From: Macrostomum lignano
Taxonomy: Eukaryota
Length of the DNA: 64,000 bases
NCBI GenBank assembly: GCA_002269645.1
Contig: NIVC01000230.1
Location: forward strand, 310,001-374,000
Reading direction: 5' to 3'
The stretch's first letter is position 1, and the number at the start of each line of letters is the position of its first letter. Under the pieces are notes generated by a model. That model was not told the DNA's origin. It ran no database searches and worked only from the letters and a program-made list of their open reading frames with translations. Both the position numbers and the translations under genes were made by a program. This document shows, piece after piece, positions 14,921 to 35,524 of this stretch.

Positions 14921-16624
14921 ACATTGCAGTAGAGTCGTTTTGGATGCTTTGAGGAGATTTTATAATTAGTACAGTGCATCGGCCATAAGTCTTTATCTGC
15001 CCATGTTTTCCTAATCTATAAACTGTACCATGTAATGGCTATACCATTAACATGTATATGCTGTCATTTGTTTAATTACATGCCCATCGGTGTACACTCA
15101 GACTAAAAATTACCCTACATGTTCTCCCGCTACGAGCACATCATCACACTACCTGTCAGTGGCAGCTTCTCGTGCTCAGCGAGTCTTGACAATCTTGACT
15201 GTGAGCAATAGCTGGCTAACTACTGTATTCACAGTAAAGAACTCAGTGTACATAGCATTTACTATTGTTTAATCTTATAGTAACTTTCAAAATTCTGCTA
15301 ATTTTGCTTGGAACAAGGTAAAATTATAGTCTGCTCCTATGCTTAATTTGTTATTAATTTCGTTTTAATGACAGCAAAATTCATTGCGTCATAATGGTCA
15401 TCAGAAACTATATTTAATGAATGATTGACTCGCACCTCTCCTGATGCCAAAACGGAGTTTTAGGCTCTACTGCGATTCGTATTTCATCCATTCATCACTT
15501 CCAGTCTTGATGATTTATCGATATTAATACTTATTTAGTTACTCAGTAGTAGTATGGTTAGGAAACTGTTTAACTTCTTTACCCTGTGAAATGCGCTCGA
15601 AAGTGGTCTGATAGCTTAAAATTACCTAATTACCAACTGCCGCTAAAATACATACAAGAGGCCTGCGAATCTTTTACAGTAGCTGATAAGATGCTGAGAG
15701 TTTCAAAAATGATAGTAAGATCTCAGCTATGAGAATTTTGGGGAATTATAAGGATTCAATTTCATATGCATGTAGGCCTTAGGGACTATTTAGGGACTAT
15801 TTTAGGAAGTAGTATTAGGGACTAAATTAGGCAATAATTAGGGAATTGCATTGTTATCAGAGCGTGGTGGAGTGTAGCAGTTGTGGACAGCTACACTCTT
15901 ACAAAAAGCCACAAGTGCTTGATGACGGCATTGCAAAGGGCGAGTGCAGGCCGCCCTAAAAAGTCTGCTTCCACTTTAGAGGGGTTGTATGCTTTTTGTG
16001 GGGCGGGGTTCAATTACATTTTTAACAGAGACATTTCAGAAATCACACGAGAAAGGGGAACCGTGAGAATCGGCCGGAATTGCGCGGTGGCTGGAAGACG
16101 TGGGAAATGATAACGCAGACAGTTTCACAGGGACTTCATCGGGGAAATTTACTATAAATAAGCGAGGGGTTAAATGCTAAAAACTTTACCCTTTTTCCAC
16201 TCTTTTTTCACTCTCTTTTACACGCCTTGTATTAACTTTTGGATTGCTTAATAGTTTGCAAATCACGACGACCGCTTCTGCAGACACCTGTGACCGGAGG
16301 GTAAGACTGAGCACTGCCATGACTTTAGATTTATGAATATTAGCGTATCGGTCTCAGACCAGGTAGATAGGTGTAATTTATATATATATATATAATAGAT
16401 TAATAGGAGTATTTGAGTAGCTTAGTTATACCGTAGTGTCTCAGACTTATTCTCCCTGCTTGTAGCTCGCTTATTTGCTTATTAATACAAACGTTGAAAA
16501 TGCAGTAGTAAATATAATTATATGGTTGATCGGTAAATAACATCCAAGCATATTCTACCTCGTTTGAGTTACTATTAATCATATGTAAGGTTCTTAGTTT
16601 GCGGCCAACTAGGAAACTTATAGG

Positions 16625-16822
16625 AATCTGAGAGTCTCAACTATGAGAATCTAATGGGGGAAACTGAGAGTCTCAGCTATGAGAATCTAATGGGGGAACT
16701 GAGAGTCTCAGCTATGAGAATCTAATGGGAGAACTGAGAGTCTCAGCTATGAGAATCTCATGGTGAACTGAGAGTCTCAGCTATGAGAATCTGATGGGGA
16801 ACTGAGAATCTCAGCTATGAGA
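16625..16822. repeat. About 36-bp minisatellite (gaactgagagtctcagctatgagaatctaatggg)
   Basis: About 5 tandem copies. Confidence 0.9.
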
Positions 16823-17146
16823 ACCATTCTCAAACCAAACCGAACAGTGTCAGCAAAAGATGTGTGCTTACAATCCAAAGATGAGAATGGTTCCTTATTA
16901 CAGGATCACCCCAAACAGGTTGTACCCTGTTGCATTATATTTTAAAAGGAAATTCCGCGGTAATTCTATGGCAATTCCGCGAATTTTCCATGGCATTTCC
17001 GCAGGGTTAACTCCGCGCCGAGTTTTTTTTATAAAAGCGTAAGCAGCAAGCTTGAGTTTCAATGCAATTCTCGATTAGTGAAAGCTTTCATAAGGCAGAG
17101 GTATTTTTTAGATTCATTTTACTGAATTATTATATTTGACAAAACA

Positions 17147-18043
17147 ATGGAAAATGACACACCATCTCAAGAGTACATTGGTCTCCAAATCGACCTTAAC
17201 GAGGCAAGAATGAAATTTGATAGCTCTGCTAAGCAGCTTCAAGCTCAAGTGAAATCTGAGACCAATTTTCTCAGAGACAGCACCAGAGTGATTCTCGATT
17301 CGGCAGGAGTGAGCAGACAGGACAAAGACAGGGCTGTGGAGGCACTGGAGAGTGTTGTTGAGGTGGGTTCTCTGTTTGGCAGACCAGAGCCGGAGCTTAG
17401 AACAGATGAGAGGTAAGTACGAGTTATTCAACGATATATGCTTACTTTGTAATCGGTGTAAACTTGGTAGGACAGAATTTACATGCACTGCTCGAACAGC
17501 AATTGGTATTTTTTAGCATTCAAAAGTCATTTGAGAGTAGAGAAGTTTTCTGCAAAACAATTTGTGTAAGCAATGCGGTATTTTTAGGTTAGAATAAATC
17601 TGTTTGAGTTCATCATTTATGTCAATGGCGTATCTGCTACATCAATTTTTAGATGGTTTCAAGATATGAGACCCAAGTTAGGGACATCAATGAAGATACA
17701 CCAGGAAATTTGGCGCCGTTTCGAGCAGGTCATGACTCCACATGTACGTCGCATTGTGCTCAGCCCAGCCGAGCTAATCACGGATCACGCAGAGGACCCG
17801 GACTGGATCAGCTCACAGTACATCAAGTATTATGTGGACCGACTGAACAACTACCCTGTCACTATTCGAGAGATGGACAGGCTAATTGTTGCTATGGAGA
17901 TTGAAATAAACAAGATTGCCGAGTGCGAAGCCAGGATGCGGCAGCTGGAGGCTGAGGCGGGACCTGCTGGACTTCAGCTGGATCCCACAGCTGCCGCCAG
18001 ACTTCGGGATGAGAGAGTCGCCATGCTGCTGCGGGCCTGCTGA
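17147..18043 (+). CDS. Orphan helical protein, 218 aa, 2 exons (17147-17412, 17653-18043)
   Basis: Donor ag|gtaagt and acceptor ttttag| join ORFs 17147 and 17666 in phase 2 (..DER-WFQDMRPK..); no family recognised. Confidence 0.7.
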
Positions 18044-18597
18044 GCTCTGTGCGCGATTCTACCGAATTTACTACTTACGGTTTAGTCTTACTTCTAGTAG
18101 TAAAGTGTGTTTAAGCAGGCAATTTTAATGATCATCAATTAAGAATTTACACTTGTAAAATAATTTGTAAATTCATAAATTTGAGTTTCCCCAACTTTAA
18201 GGTTTTGTGTGCTTTTCGTTTTTTTTATTTCCCCTTTGTTCAGCTTAAACGCACGTCCATTGTGATGCAGTTCAACTTTGTAAACCATTGCTTGCTCCTA
18301 AAATTCGCAAAATCCCCCAAAAAATTAACAAAAACTGTAAAATTTAAAAATCATAAATCATAAAATGACAAAAACAGATTACTCTAATGTCAAATGCATG
18401 CGATTATTTTAACTGTATCAATTAATCGTACCTGTAATAAAATGCGCCATAACATATTGCATTGCTAATAGATGCGGAATTCACATTAAAAAGTTTTATT
18501 TGTACTTTTTCTTTGTATTTTGAACTTAAATAGATTTTGTTTCTAAGCCTTTGGCTCAATTTTAGCCCGTTCAATGTCCACTACTCTCTCCCTCCAG

Positions 18598-19640
18598 TCT
18601 CCACTCCACTTTCCCCCTCCTTTCTCCCCCTCCACTTTCCCCCTCCTTTCTCCCCCTCCACTTTCCCCCCTCCTTTTCCCCCTCCACTTTCCCCCTCCTT
18701 TCTCCCCCTCCACTTTCCCCCTCCTTTCTCCCCCTCCACTTTCCCCCTCCTTTCTCCCCCTCCACTTTCCCCCTCCTTTCTCCCCTCCACTTTCCCCCCT
18801 CCTTTTTCCCCCTCCACTTTCCCCCTCCTTTCTCCCCTCCACTTTCCCCCTCCTTTTTCCCCCTCCACTTTCCCCCTCCTTTCTCCCCTCCACTTTCCCC
18901 TCCTTTCTCCCCTCCACTTTCCCCCCTCCTTTTTCCCCCTCCACTTTCCCCCTCCTTTCTCCCCTCCACTTTCCCCCTCCTTTCTCCCCCTCCACTTTCC
19001 CCCTCCTTTTTCCCCCTCCACTTTCCCCCTCCTTTCTCCCCCTCCACTTTCCCCCCTCCTTTTTCCCCCTCCACTTTCCCCCTCCTTTCTCCCCTCCACT
19101 TTCCCCCTCCTTTCTCCCCCTCCACTTTCCCCCTCCTTTCTCCCCCTCCACTTTCCCCCCTCCTTTTTCCCCCTCCACTTTCCCCCTCCTTTCTCCCCCT
19201 CCACTTTCCCCCTCCTTTCTCCCCCTCCACTTTCCCCCTCCTTTTTCCCCCTCCACTTTCCCCCTCCTTTCTCCCCCTCCACTTTCCCCCTCCTTTCTCC
19301 CCCTCCACTTTCCCCCCTCCTTTTTCCCCCTCCACTTTCCCCCTCCTTTCTCCCCTCCACTTTCCCCCCTCCTTTTTCCCCCTCCACTTTCCCCCTCCTT
19401 TCTCCCCCTCCACTTTCCCCCTCCTTTTTCCCCCTCCACTTTCCCCCTCCTTTTTCCCCCTCCACTTTCCCCCTCCTTTCTCCCCTCCACTTTCCCCCTC
19501 CTTTCTCCCCCTCCACTTTCCCCCTCCTTTCTCCCCCTCCAGCCCTCCCCTCCTTTCCCCCTCCAGCCTCCCCCTCCTTTCTCCCCCTCCAGCCTCCTCT
19601 CCTTTCTCCCCTCCAGCCTCCTCTCCTTTCTCCCCCTCCA
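18598..19640. repeat. Polypyrimidine minisatellite (tcccccctccactttccccctcctttc-like)
   Basis: About 1 kb of near-pure C/T tandem units. Confidence 0.95.
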
Positions 19641-20407
19641 GCCTCTCCTCCAGTCTAATCCTCCAATCTCACCCTCATGTCTCGCCCTCCTGTCTCACCC
19701 TCTAGTCTCACTCTCTCGTCTCTAGTGAGTCTAGTCTCACCCTTCATTCTCCCCCTCAGAGTCTCAGACCCACTCGACCACTTTAGTCTCCAGTTTTTCC
19801 TAATCCCCCCTGCCCCTGGATTTCCTTGGAATTCTTAAGCCGAAAAGCAGTCATTTAATCTTTCAAATATTTCAGAAGACCGCGTATCAAACGAGGCAGA
19901 ATTGTTTGACTTGTCAAATTCCTAAAAGCTTTTATTATAAAGTCCAAAAGTACTTCTTTTTCCAAACTGTTTATGACGAAACTGTATGAAATCTAAAAAC
20001 AGACATGACGAAATCGTTGATTTCTTAGATTAGGGAGCGCCAGGCCAGTAGTGTTAGCGTTAGACGTACGAGTTCTGTTTCTATTTTTAGAAACCACGTC
20101 AATCCCCGCTTGCTTTGGGGTAAACCCCGTGACTGTTTCTAAAAATAGCCTCGCCTCGCCTCAGTCCTCTAAACAATGAGTCACCGACCTACCAGGCTTT
20201 TTTTCGCTTCCTCCGCTATTTCGTCAGCTCAACTAGAATTTCTTATAAAATGAATCGTAGGCCAAACAAGTTGCAACGCTGAATTCTGAACATCTGACTA
20301 TTTGAGTACAGAAATGACAACAGCAACATTGACGATGACGATGACAGCAACAACTACAGACTCTGATTCCGGCGGTTCTAGCGGCGGTGATTCACCCATA
20401 GCCGCTA

Positions 20408-22524
20408 GTGGCAAAGACTCCTGCAACAGTTCAATTAGTGGCGAAAGCGACCCAGCAACAGCAGCTGGTGGCATGGAAGGCAGCTGTCGCGGTCAGCGGT
20501 ACCGTCAGCTGCAACACCGTCAGCAGAGTGGCGACAGGCAACGAGGGTTCCCTCACCGCTGCTACTCTACCAGACGGCCTCTTCTGGCGACCTGGGAAGT
20601 CGTGCCGCTACGTCTGCAAGAACTTCCTTGTGGGTTACATTGAGGATCGCCGGCGCATGTACAGGCTGGTGCGTGAGGCGCCGCAGGCTACTGATGGCCA
20701 GGTTGGTGACTGTGCGGTGGAGATCGGGGACTGGCAGACAGGGGCAGGGCATTGTGACAGAATTGTACTGACAGACAAACAGACATACTTAAGTAGATAG
20801 ATTCTTATGCGAGGTAGAATATAAGCAGACACAAAGACATGATGAAACTATAAGGCATAAAGACATGACGACATAAAAACACAAACACATAGAGTATTGA
20901 GACACTTAAGACATGAAGACACGAAGATAGAGACATGAAGACAACTGAGATATGAAGACACGAAGACACGAAGACATGAAGACAGGAAGGCATGAAAACA
21001 TGAAGACACAAAGACATGAAGACACGAAGACATGAAGACACGAAGACATGAAGACACGAAGACATGAAGACACGAAGACATGAAGACACGAAGACATGAA
21101 GACACGATTTTATGAAGACATTAAGACATTAAGACACAAAGACACGAAGACATTAATACATGAAGACACGAAAACATGAAGACACGAAGACATGAAGACA
21201 CAAAGACATGAAGACACGAAGGCACGAAGACACGAAGACAGAGACATGAAAACAACTGGGATATGGAGACATGAAGACACGAAGAGACGATTTTATGAAG
21301 ACATTAAGACATTAAGACACAAAGACACGAAGACATTAATACATGAAGACACGAAGACATGAAGACAGGAAGGCATGAAGACATGAAGACACAAAGACAT
21401 GAAGACACGAAGACAGAGACATAAAAACAACTGGGATATGGAGACACGAAGACACGAAGACATGAAGACATGAAGACACAAAGTCATGAAGATGCTAACA
21501 CAGATACTTACATTTAAATAAATGATAAAAGGGCAGACACTAACGAAGTAACTAATAAAGTACCGAATGACTCAAACTCAATTCAAACTTGACACCCACA
21601 GATTGGCGGCGGTCTTCACGTGACCACATTCGAGGCTGTCCGACGATTCAAAGACATGACGCTGACGAAAGAATCGCTGCGAATTCTCATCCTACCGAAT
21701 GCTGGGGGCAGCTCCCTGGTGTCCGAGGTTCTGTCCTACGAGTACATGCGAAAGTGCTATCAAGCTGAGCTGTTGAAAACCGAAATGGAGGTGCAGTATT
21801 TTCCGTACGGCGGCTCAATCACTGACTATGTGATGCGGCTGTTTGATAGGAAGGTGAGTGGATTTTTTTCAATATAGTGCGGCTGCTTATTAATCCGATA
21901 TGTATCGGTAATCAAATTTCAGCCAATATTTATCGATAATCACATTGTAGCCGATATGTATCGATAGTCACACATTGTAGCCGATATGTATCGATAATCA
22001 CATTGCAGCCGATATGTATCGATAATCACATTGTAGCCGATATGTATCGATAATGACATTGCAGCCGATATGTATCGATAATCAAATTGTAGCCGATATG
22101 TATCGACAATCACATTGCTGCCAATATGTATCGAGAATAAAGTTCCAGCCGATATGTATCGATAATCACATTTCAGCCGATATGTATCGATAATGACATT
22201 GCAGCCGATATGTATCGAAAACCTCATTATTTACAGGTGGCTGTTTCTGTGACTCGAGCTCTCCGATTTGACGGCGAGCCGTTCACGGTGGATAATGGCG
22301 TCCGATTGCTCACCAAGAAGCTGCTGGGTATTCGACAGGCTGACAGAAACAGTCTGGAGTCCTGGCAGCGACACGTTCTGCACGTGTGGGCTGACGGTCG
22401 GGCGGTGACGGAGGCGCTGGCCGAGGCGCATCGCCAACTACCGGCGAGCGTCCTTGGCAACGCAATCGTTCTGTTGACCTGCGTGCGGAACTGCAAAGAA
22501 ATATTCACCAACAATGTGAATTGA
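20408..22524 (+). CDS. AAC4-like protein (similar to Dictyostelium AAC-rich clone AAC4 proteins); exons ?-20701, 21602-21853, 22237-22524; 5' end uncertain
   Basis: Phase-0 GT-AG junctions give PNAGGSSLVSEVLSYE..LLKTEMEVQYFPYGGSITDY..VAVSVTRA..LLTKKLLGI. The frame closes at a stop at 20399-20401, so the true start is unresolved. Confidence 0.7.
20830..21495. repeat. 8-bp minisatellite (gaagacac/gaagacat)n in intron 1
   Basis: Direct tandem copies. Confidence 0.93.
21893..22220. repeat. 28-bp tandem repeat (gccgatatgtatcgataatcacattgta) in intron 2
   Basis: About 11 copies with a near-palindromic core. Confidence 0.93.
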
Positions 22525-23279
22525 CTGAGTTTGCCGTTGGGTACGTGTACATATATGGGAGACGTATATCCGTCTATCTTAGTCTATCTTAGCCTATTAA
22601 ATCTCTTTATAGGAAAAAGCTTTTAGAAAAGCAAAATTTAAATATTAAAATAGACGATTTAAAGGCAAAAATCCCATGTAGTCTACTAAGCAGTAGCTAA
22701 ATTAAAAAAATTATTAGTAAAATCAAAACAGTGATCATGACTAGCTCTTCGCAATGTAACTTAAAAGGACAGAATTGGTAAGATTGAGAATTCGCAGTTC
22801 GCGCGCATATACTACTGTTATCCCTCTCATATTTTAGCAGTTTTAATGCTTGCAACGAGTATCTAACACACTTTCTTGTCATCACTTTGTGTATACTGTA
22901 TGTAAGTACTCCTCAATCAGCGTCGGAATTTTAATTTTATACTATTCTACTTTGCACATAATAGTATATGTACAATAGATGAGTGTTCTATATTTTACAC
23001 GCAAGATGTACAGTTTTATTTATTTTAATTTATTAACATTTTAAAATGCTTATACTTTGCACTAATGACATTGACTAATGTGATACAATTTTTTTTTCAT
23101 TTTTTTATTTTTCACCAGTACGTACATAAAATATTTCCGTTCTTATTGTTTACTGAATTTAGCGATTTTATTGAAATAAATGTATAAATGTCTGTAACAT
23201 AACACAATAAATGATTGAGTTTTAATTTAAACATTAACAGACGCACAAACAAACGGATAAGCAGACATACAGACGAACG

Positions 23280-23879
<600 letters not shown>

Positions 23880-24544
23880 AATTCAGGAGACAGTTGTGCA
23901 ATAAGCAAACGAGAAACTTGAAGACACCAAATACTTAAACAAACAATAATATAAAAATACTAATAGTAAAACAAAACTCCAAAGTATACCAAAGTAACCG
24001 ATTATCTATTAGGAGCAGAGTAAAGCACCTTTTACAGTTTGTGCAACAATCTAGACACAAATTAAGATAGACTTACGAAATATTTAATGTTGTGTACAAT
24101 TCTACAAAAATAACAGAATAATAAATTTATTGCCAGTCAATCTTTCCCAACGTGAACAAAATTTTTCATGCGCAAATGACGCAACACGTTCTGACGTCAC
24201 AGCCAGTAAATAAGCACTATTACCGCGGCCAAACACCCTCAAGGTCAGGTGTTGTTTGCAAAAATGTGCGAATACTGGAATGTGTGAAGGCTATGCACCA
24301 TTGTGGGGGCTGCATTCCGGACGCTGGTATTGCCGGTTCCAATATTATAATAAGCGCTAATTACCCGTATAACACGGCATGTAGCGTGTTTGCCTGCTGA
24401 TTTCAAACTTGCGTTCGCACCTCTGTCGAATTGTGGCAAGAGAATAGTGTGCAACATGTGGATTCACGTTAACTTGCAGTTGACAGTGATGTGAGTTTAT
24501 ACGGAATACCGGCCTGCTCTGTACAATCCAGAAATGTTCCTGTT

Positions 24545-25960
24545 AGACTGGGAATCACACAGCTAGTGCGATCACCTGTTGGACAGGGGAATCACACAGC
24601 CAGAGCGATCACCTGTTGGACAGGGAAATCACACAGCCAGAGCGATCACCTGTTGGACAGGGAAATCACACAGCCAGAGCGATCACCTGTTGGACAGGGA
24701 AATCACACAGCCAGAGCGATCACCTGTTGAACAGGGGAATCACACAACCAGAGCTCACCTGTTGGACAGGAGAATCACAGTCTGTGCTTACCTGTTGGAC
24801 AGGGGAATCACACAGCCAGAGCTCACCTAGTCTTGGACAGGGGAATCACACAGCCAGAGCTCACCTAGTCTTGGACAGGGGAATCACACAGCCAGAGCTC
24901 ACCTGTTGGACAGGGAAATCACACAGCCAGAGCGATCACCTGTTGGACAGGGAAATCACACAGCCAGAGCTTACCTGTTGGACAGGGGAATCACACAGCC
25001 AGAGCTCACCTGTTGGACAGGGAAATCACACAGCCAGAGCTTACCTGTTGGACAGGGGAATCACACAGCCAGAGCTCACCTGTTGGACAGGGGAATCACA
25101 CAGCCAGAGCTCACCTAGTCTTGGACAGGGGAATCACACAGCCAGAGCTCACCTGTTGGACAGGGGAATCACACAGCCAGTGCTCACCTGTTGGACAGGG
25201 GAATCACACAGCCAGTGCTCACCTGTTGGACTGGGGAATTACACATCCAGTGCTCACCTGTTAGACAGGGGAATCACACAGCCAGTGCTCACCTGTTGGA
25301 CAGGGGAATCACACAGCCCATGCTCACCTGTTGGACAGGAGAATCACAGTCTGTGCTTACCTGTTGGACAGGGGAATCACACAGCCAGAGCTCACCTGTT
25401 GGACAGGGGAATCACACAGCCAGAGCTCACCTGTTGGACAGGGGAATCACACAGCCAGTGCTCACCTGTTGGACAGGGGAATCGCACAGCCAGTGCTCAC
25501 CTGTGCTCACCTGAACCACACAGCAGCTGGAGAATCACATAGTATAGCTTGTGAATCACACGGCAGCTTGTGAATCACACGGCAGCTTGTGAATCACATA
25601 GTATAGCTTGTGAATCACATAGTATAGCTTGTGAATCACATAGTATAGCTTGTGAATCACATAGTATAGCTTGTGAATCACACAGAAGCTGGAGAATCAC
25701 ATAGTATAGCTTGTGAATCACACGGCAGCTTGTGAATCACACGGCAGCTTGTGAATCACATAGTATAGCTTGTGAATCACATAGTATAGCTTGTGAATCA
25801 CATAGTATAGCTTGTGAATCACATAGTATAGCTTGTGAATCACACAGAAGCTGGAGAATCACATAGTATAGCTTGTGAATCACACGGCAGCTTGTGAATC
25901 ACATAGTATAGCTTGTGAATCACATAGTATAGCTTGTGAATCACATAGTATAGCTTGTGA
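24545..25960. repeat. Two abutting minisatellites: 34-37 bp (cacctgttggacaggggaatcacacagccagagct) then 19/21 bp (gcttgtgaatcacatagtata)
   Basis: Direct tandem copies; both arrays share the gaatcaca core. Confidence 0.95.
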
Positions 25961-26266
25961 ATCTTTTAATCTGTCAAACCAGTTTTCCATCCGCAATAAT
26001 TTCGCACATCTCATAACGCTTCAGCTATTCCAACGGATTCGCAAGCCACCAACCCGCGTCCCGCCTTCTCATTGGTTGAGCTCAAGTTCGAGGTGCGAAA
26101 GTTATATAAAACCAAGGTGTGAGAATTGATCTCGTTCACTCACCCCCCAATCCGATCAAGGCTTATAAAAAGCAGACACAATCCACTCTACATGGAATTA
26201 GAAACAACTTTAACGATTAAATATTATTGATATTTTCGCCAAGGAACCATATCATAATCAGTCATC

Positions 26267-27304
26267 ATGTGCAGTCGTCTGGCTGAACGAGAGCTGCGTC
26301 GGCATCGACAGACGGCAGCGCCGAGCGTCAGGCGGAGCTTCCGCAGCTGCCGAGCCGCTGGCAAGTCGCTGACCTCCTTGCTGCTGCTCAAGAGAAGCGG
26401 CGACAGCAGCAGCGGTACTAGCGGCTTCCATTTCGGCAGGGCGCTGCGTGACCAGCCGCAGACGGTGGTGGCCGGATTTGGCCCGGTGCCAAGCCTGCTG
26501 GCCGCCAGCTGCCGCTTCCTGTCCTCGGAGGCGGCGCAGTCAGCCGAGGGCCTGTTCCGGGTGGAGGGCGCCCGGCCGCGGCTGCTGCTGCTGCGCGCCA
26601 GGCTGGACGCCGACCGGAGCTGCGACATCCCGGCTGACACGCCTCCGCAGGACGTTTGTTCCACGTTGAAGGCCTGGCTAAGGCAGCTGCCGCGCCCGCT
26701 GCTGCCGGCTGCAACCGCCGAGGCTTTGTCCGGCGCTGCGAACTCGGCTCGCGAAGACTGCGACGGCGACGCTCAGCAGCGACTGTCGGCCCTCAGGGCG
26801 GTGGCGGCGGCGAATCTCGGCGGCGACGGAGGCTGCTCGGCCAGGGCGCTGCGCCTGCTGTGCCTGCTGCTGCACCGGCTGGCCGCTGCTGGTTGCCATG
26901 GCAACCGGATGGACTCGGCCAGTCTGGCCACCTGCCTCGGGCCCTGCCTGTACGGCGCAGCGACTGCCGACTCCGCCGAGACCGCCGCTCGTCTCAACCG
27001 CGGCGTCGCCCTCCTCATCCGCTCCGCCCCGGACATCCCGGATGCAGCTGCCGATGCAGATGAAGCCGAAGCCCAGCCTCCTTGTCAGAAGCTTCATCGT
27101 CGGCCGAGACCGCGCAGTCTCAGCCGCATCCGGGAGGCTGTGGTTCGAGCTGTCACTCGGCTCGGTGGCCAGAGTCGCAGTCGCAGCCGCAGTCGCAGCA
27201 CTTCCGTCTCGCTGCTGAGGCTGCCGAGAGAGCCGGCCAGGATGCAGCCGGCCGCAGCCTCCTCCAAGCCCGAGCTCACCCGAGTGCGAAGTTTGCTCAG
27301 ATGA
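26267..27304 (+). CDS. RhoGAP-domain protein, ARHGAP11-like, intronless
   Basis: FGRAL..VVAGFGPVPSLLAASCRFL, EGLFRVEG (arginine finger), LKAWLRQLPRPLLP, NRMDSASLATCLGPCL. ATTGG and TATAAAA elements lie upstream. Confidence 0.85.
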   Translation: MCSRLAERELRRHRQTAAPSVRRSFRSCRAAGKSLTSLLLLKRSGDSSSGTSGFHFGRALRDQPQTVVAGFGPVPSLLAASCRFLSSEAAQSAEGLFRVEGARPRLLLLRARLDADRSCDIPADTPPQDVCSTLKAWLRQLPRPLLPAATAEALSGAANSAREDCDGDAQQRLSALRAVAAANLGGDGGCSARALRLLCLLLHRLAAAGCHGNRMDSASLATCLGPCLYGAATADSAETAARLNRGVALLIRSAPDIPDAAADADEAEAQPPCQKLHRRPRPRSLSRIREAVVRAVTRLGGQSRSRSRSRSTSVSLLRLPREPARMQPAAASSKPELTRVRSLLR

Positions 27305-28750
27305 TTAATTTTATGATCTCCCAAAGTTTTATTTTGTATCCAATAGCAATATTATTCGAATGTTTTAATTTGTTTTAATTGGATTGTTATACTATTCTCT
27401 CAGTTTAGTTTTATTATTTAGATTAAAGGATGTCTATTTTATATTTCTTTCATATAATCTTTCATACTAAAAAAGTGTATCGTTCTAATATTTCTACTAT
27501 TTGACTTCTTGTAAGTGGTACTCAAAGTTTAGCTGGTTTAAATTTAAATCCTATGCTTAGGAAACAAAAATGTTTATAAAGCGCCAAAAAGCCAATTTAC
27601 TCTTTGTGTTTAATTTATATTTTGTTTTAATTAATAATACACGATAAGAACACATTTAGAAAATTTACGAACAGACTGCTAGCTGTATTATTTAGTAATA
27701 CTTCTTTTTACGCGTAATGCGTACAGTTTAAACAAATTAACAGTTCTAAAGTCCTTTCTTTTTTATTTCTAATAAAATGTAGAAATATTGCAAACTATTT
27801 TACCCTAAAATTATAACAGAAAAACACTCGTACAAGAATTACATTGAGTATAAGCTATAGTCGATAGACGGAATCAATTGAAATCAAATATTATAATTGT
27901 AATTTATTGACAAAAATACTTTTTTCGATAATGATAGATAAATATAAAATTATATATGATAAAGGAAGATAAAATAAGTTTGAAAAATTCGCAGTTACTC
28001 TCATTCATCTGAAATATAAGCAGCTGAAAATTTCAACAAAATGCTGAAAAGCTGAAATTAATTTAATAGCTACAGCTAATCATTGATGTGCTTTCAGAAA
28101 CAAATAACAAGCATGAGTAATCTCAACTCAGGAAAAAGTTAGAAGCTTTTTAGACTGTTTTAACAACATAAATACAAGGTCTACTAAACTAGATTATACA
28201 GCATAGTCCTTGCGTACATCATGTAGTCACCGCCTAACTCAGGCCACTTTTACAACGCTTCATCCAATTCCTGGAGACTGAGTGAGTGCTTCTTCGGGGA
28301 GGCCCCACCACAACCCGTCTAAGAACTGGAGGCAGCCCCACATGGCGACTCACCTGCTTGTTGGTATCATGCGGGAAATATCTTTTATTATAAGAATCCT
28401 GCTCAATTGGCATCAGTTGACGCCAAGTCAATCAGGTTATAATGCTACATGTAGCTTTGTGAGCTAATTATAGCGTGGGAGCAGATGTGCAGAATCTATA
28501 ATGAAAATTGTACGATATAAACGGACATAGCTAATGCACCAAATCAACATCATAAATTAAATTTCAGCTTAATGCAAATTGCTAAAGCAGAGATAACTTA
28601 CATGCACATGAAGCTATACTACTGACATTTGGTTGTGAAAATATCTCATACTATAGGAGTAGCTACATACATCATCTACTGAAAGTAGTTTAATCGCTAA
28701 TTAATCGTTAAAAACCGTTAAAATCGTTAAAAGGGACAAAAGTCCCTGAG

Positions 28751-29000
28751 CAGGGCTGGGCGAGTACACGGTACTCGTTTATAATTGAGTTTTTGACGAG
28801 TATGACGAGTAATTATAATCGAAAATTCGCGACTGAACTGTGTCGAATTTTGATGTTGACGAGATTGAAATTGAAACTTTGAAAGTAATATTCACGACTT
28901 TCTTTTCCAGAGAAAGGTAGCTGGAAATCAATTTTCAAAATGTTATTCTTTCCCGGGAAGAAAAAAGGCATAGAAGTACTCGGTACTCGGTCAACCCCTG
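28751..29000. mobile_element. Possible hAT-like MITE, 250 bp
   Basis: Imperfect TIRs cagggctgggcgagtac / gtactcggtcaacccctg; no matching TSD seen. Confidence 0.4.
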
Positions 29001-29015
29001 GGTTCGGTACTCAGG

Positions 29016-35307
<6,292 letters not shown>

Positions 35308-35524
35308 AGTATAGCATCAGTAGTACTGTATATATTCATAGCACAGGCAGGAGTCGTTAATCCTCGATTAAAATCACGATTCACTCACCGATTCAGTCTG
35401 ACCGCAGATAGAACCAAGCCCGCCTAGACTGAGTCGCTGCTCGCTGATGCAAAATTCGGTTTTAAAATAAATTTACAAGCTATATTTCAGTTGTCAGAAT
35501 AAAAAAATATACTTATGAGCGATC

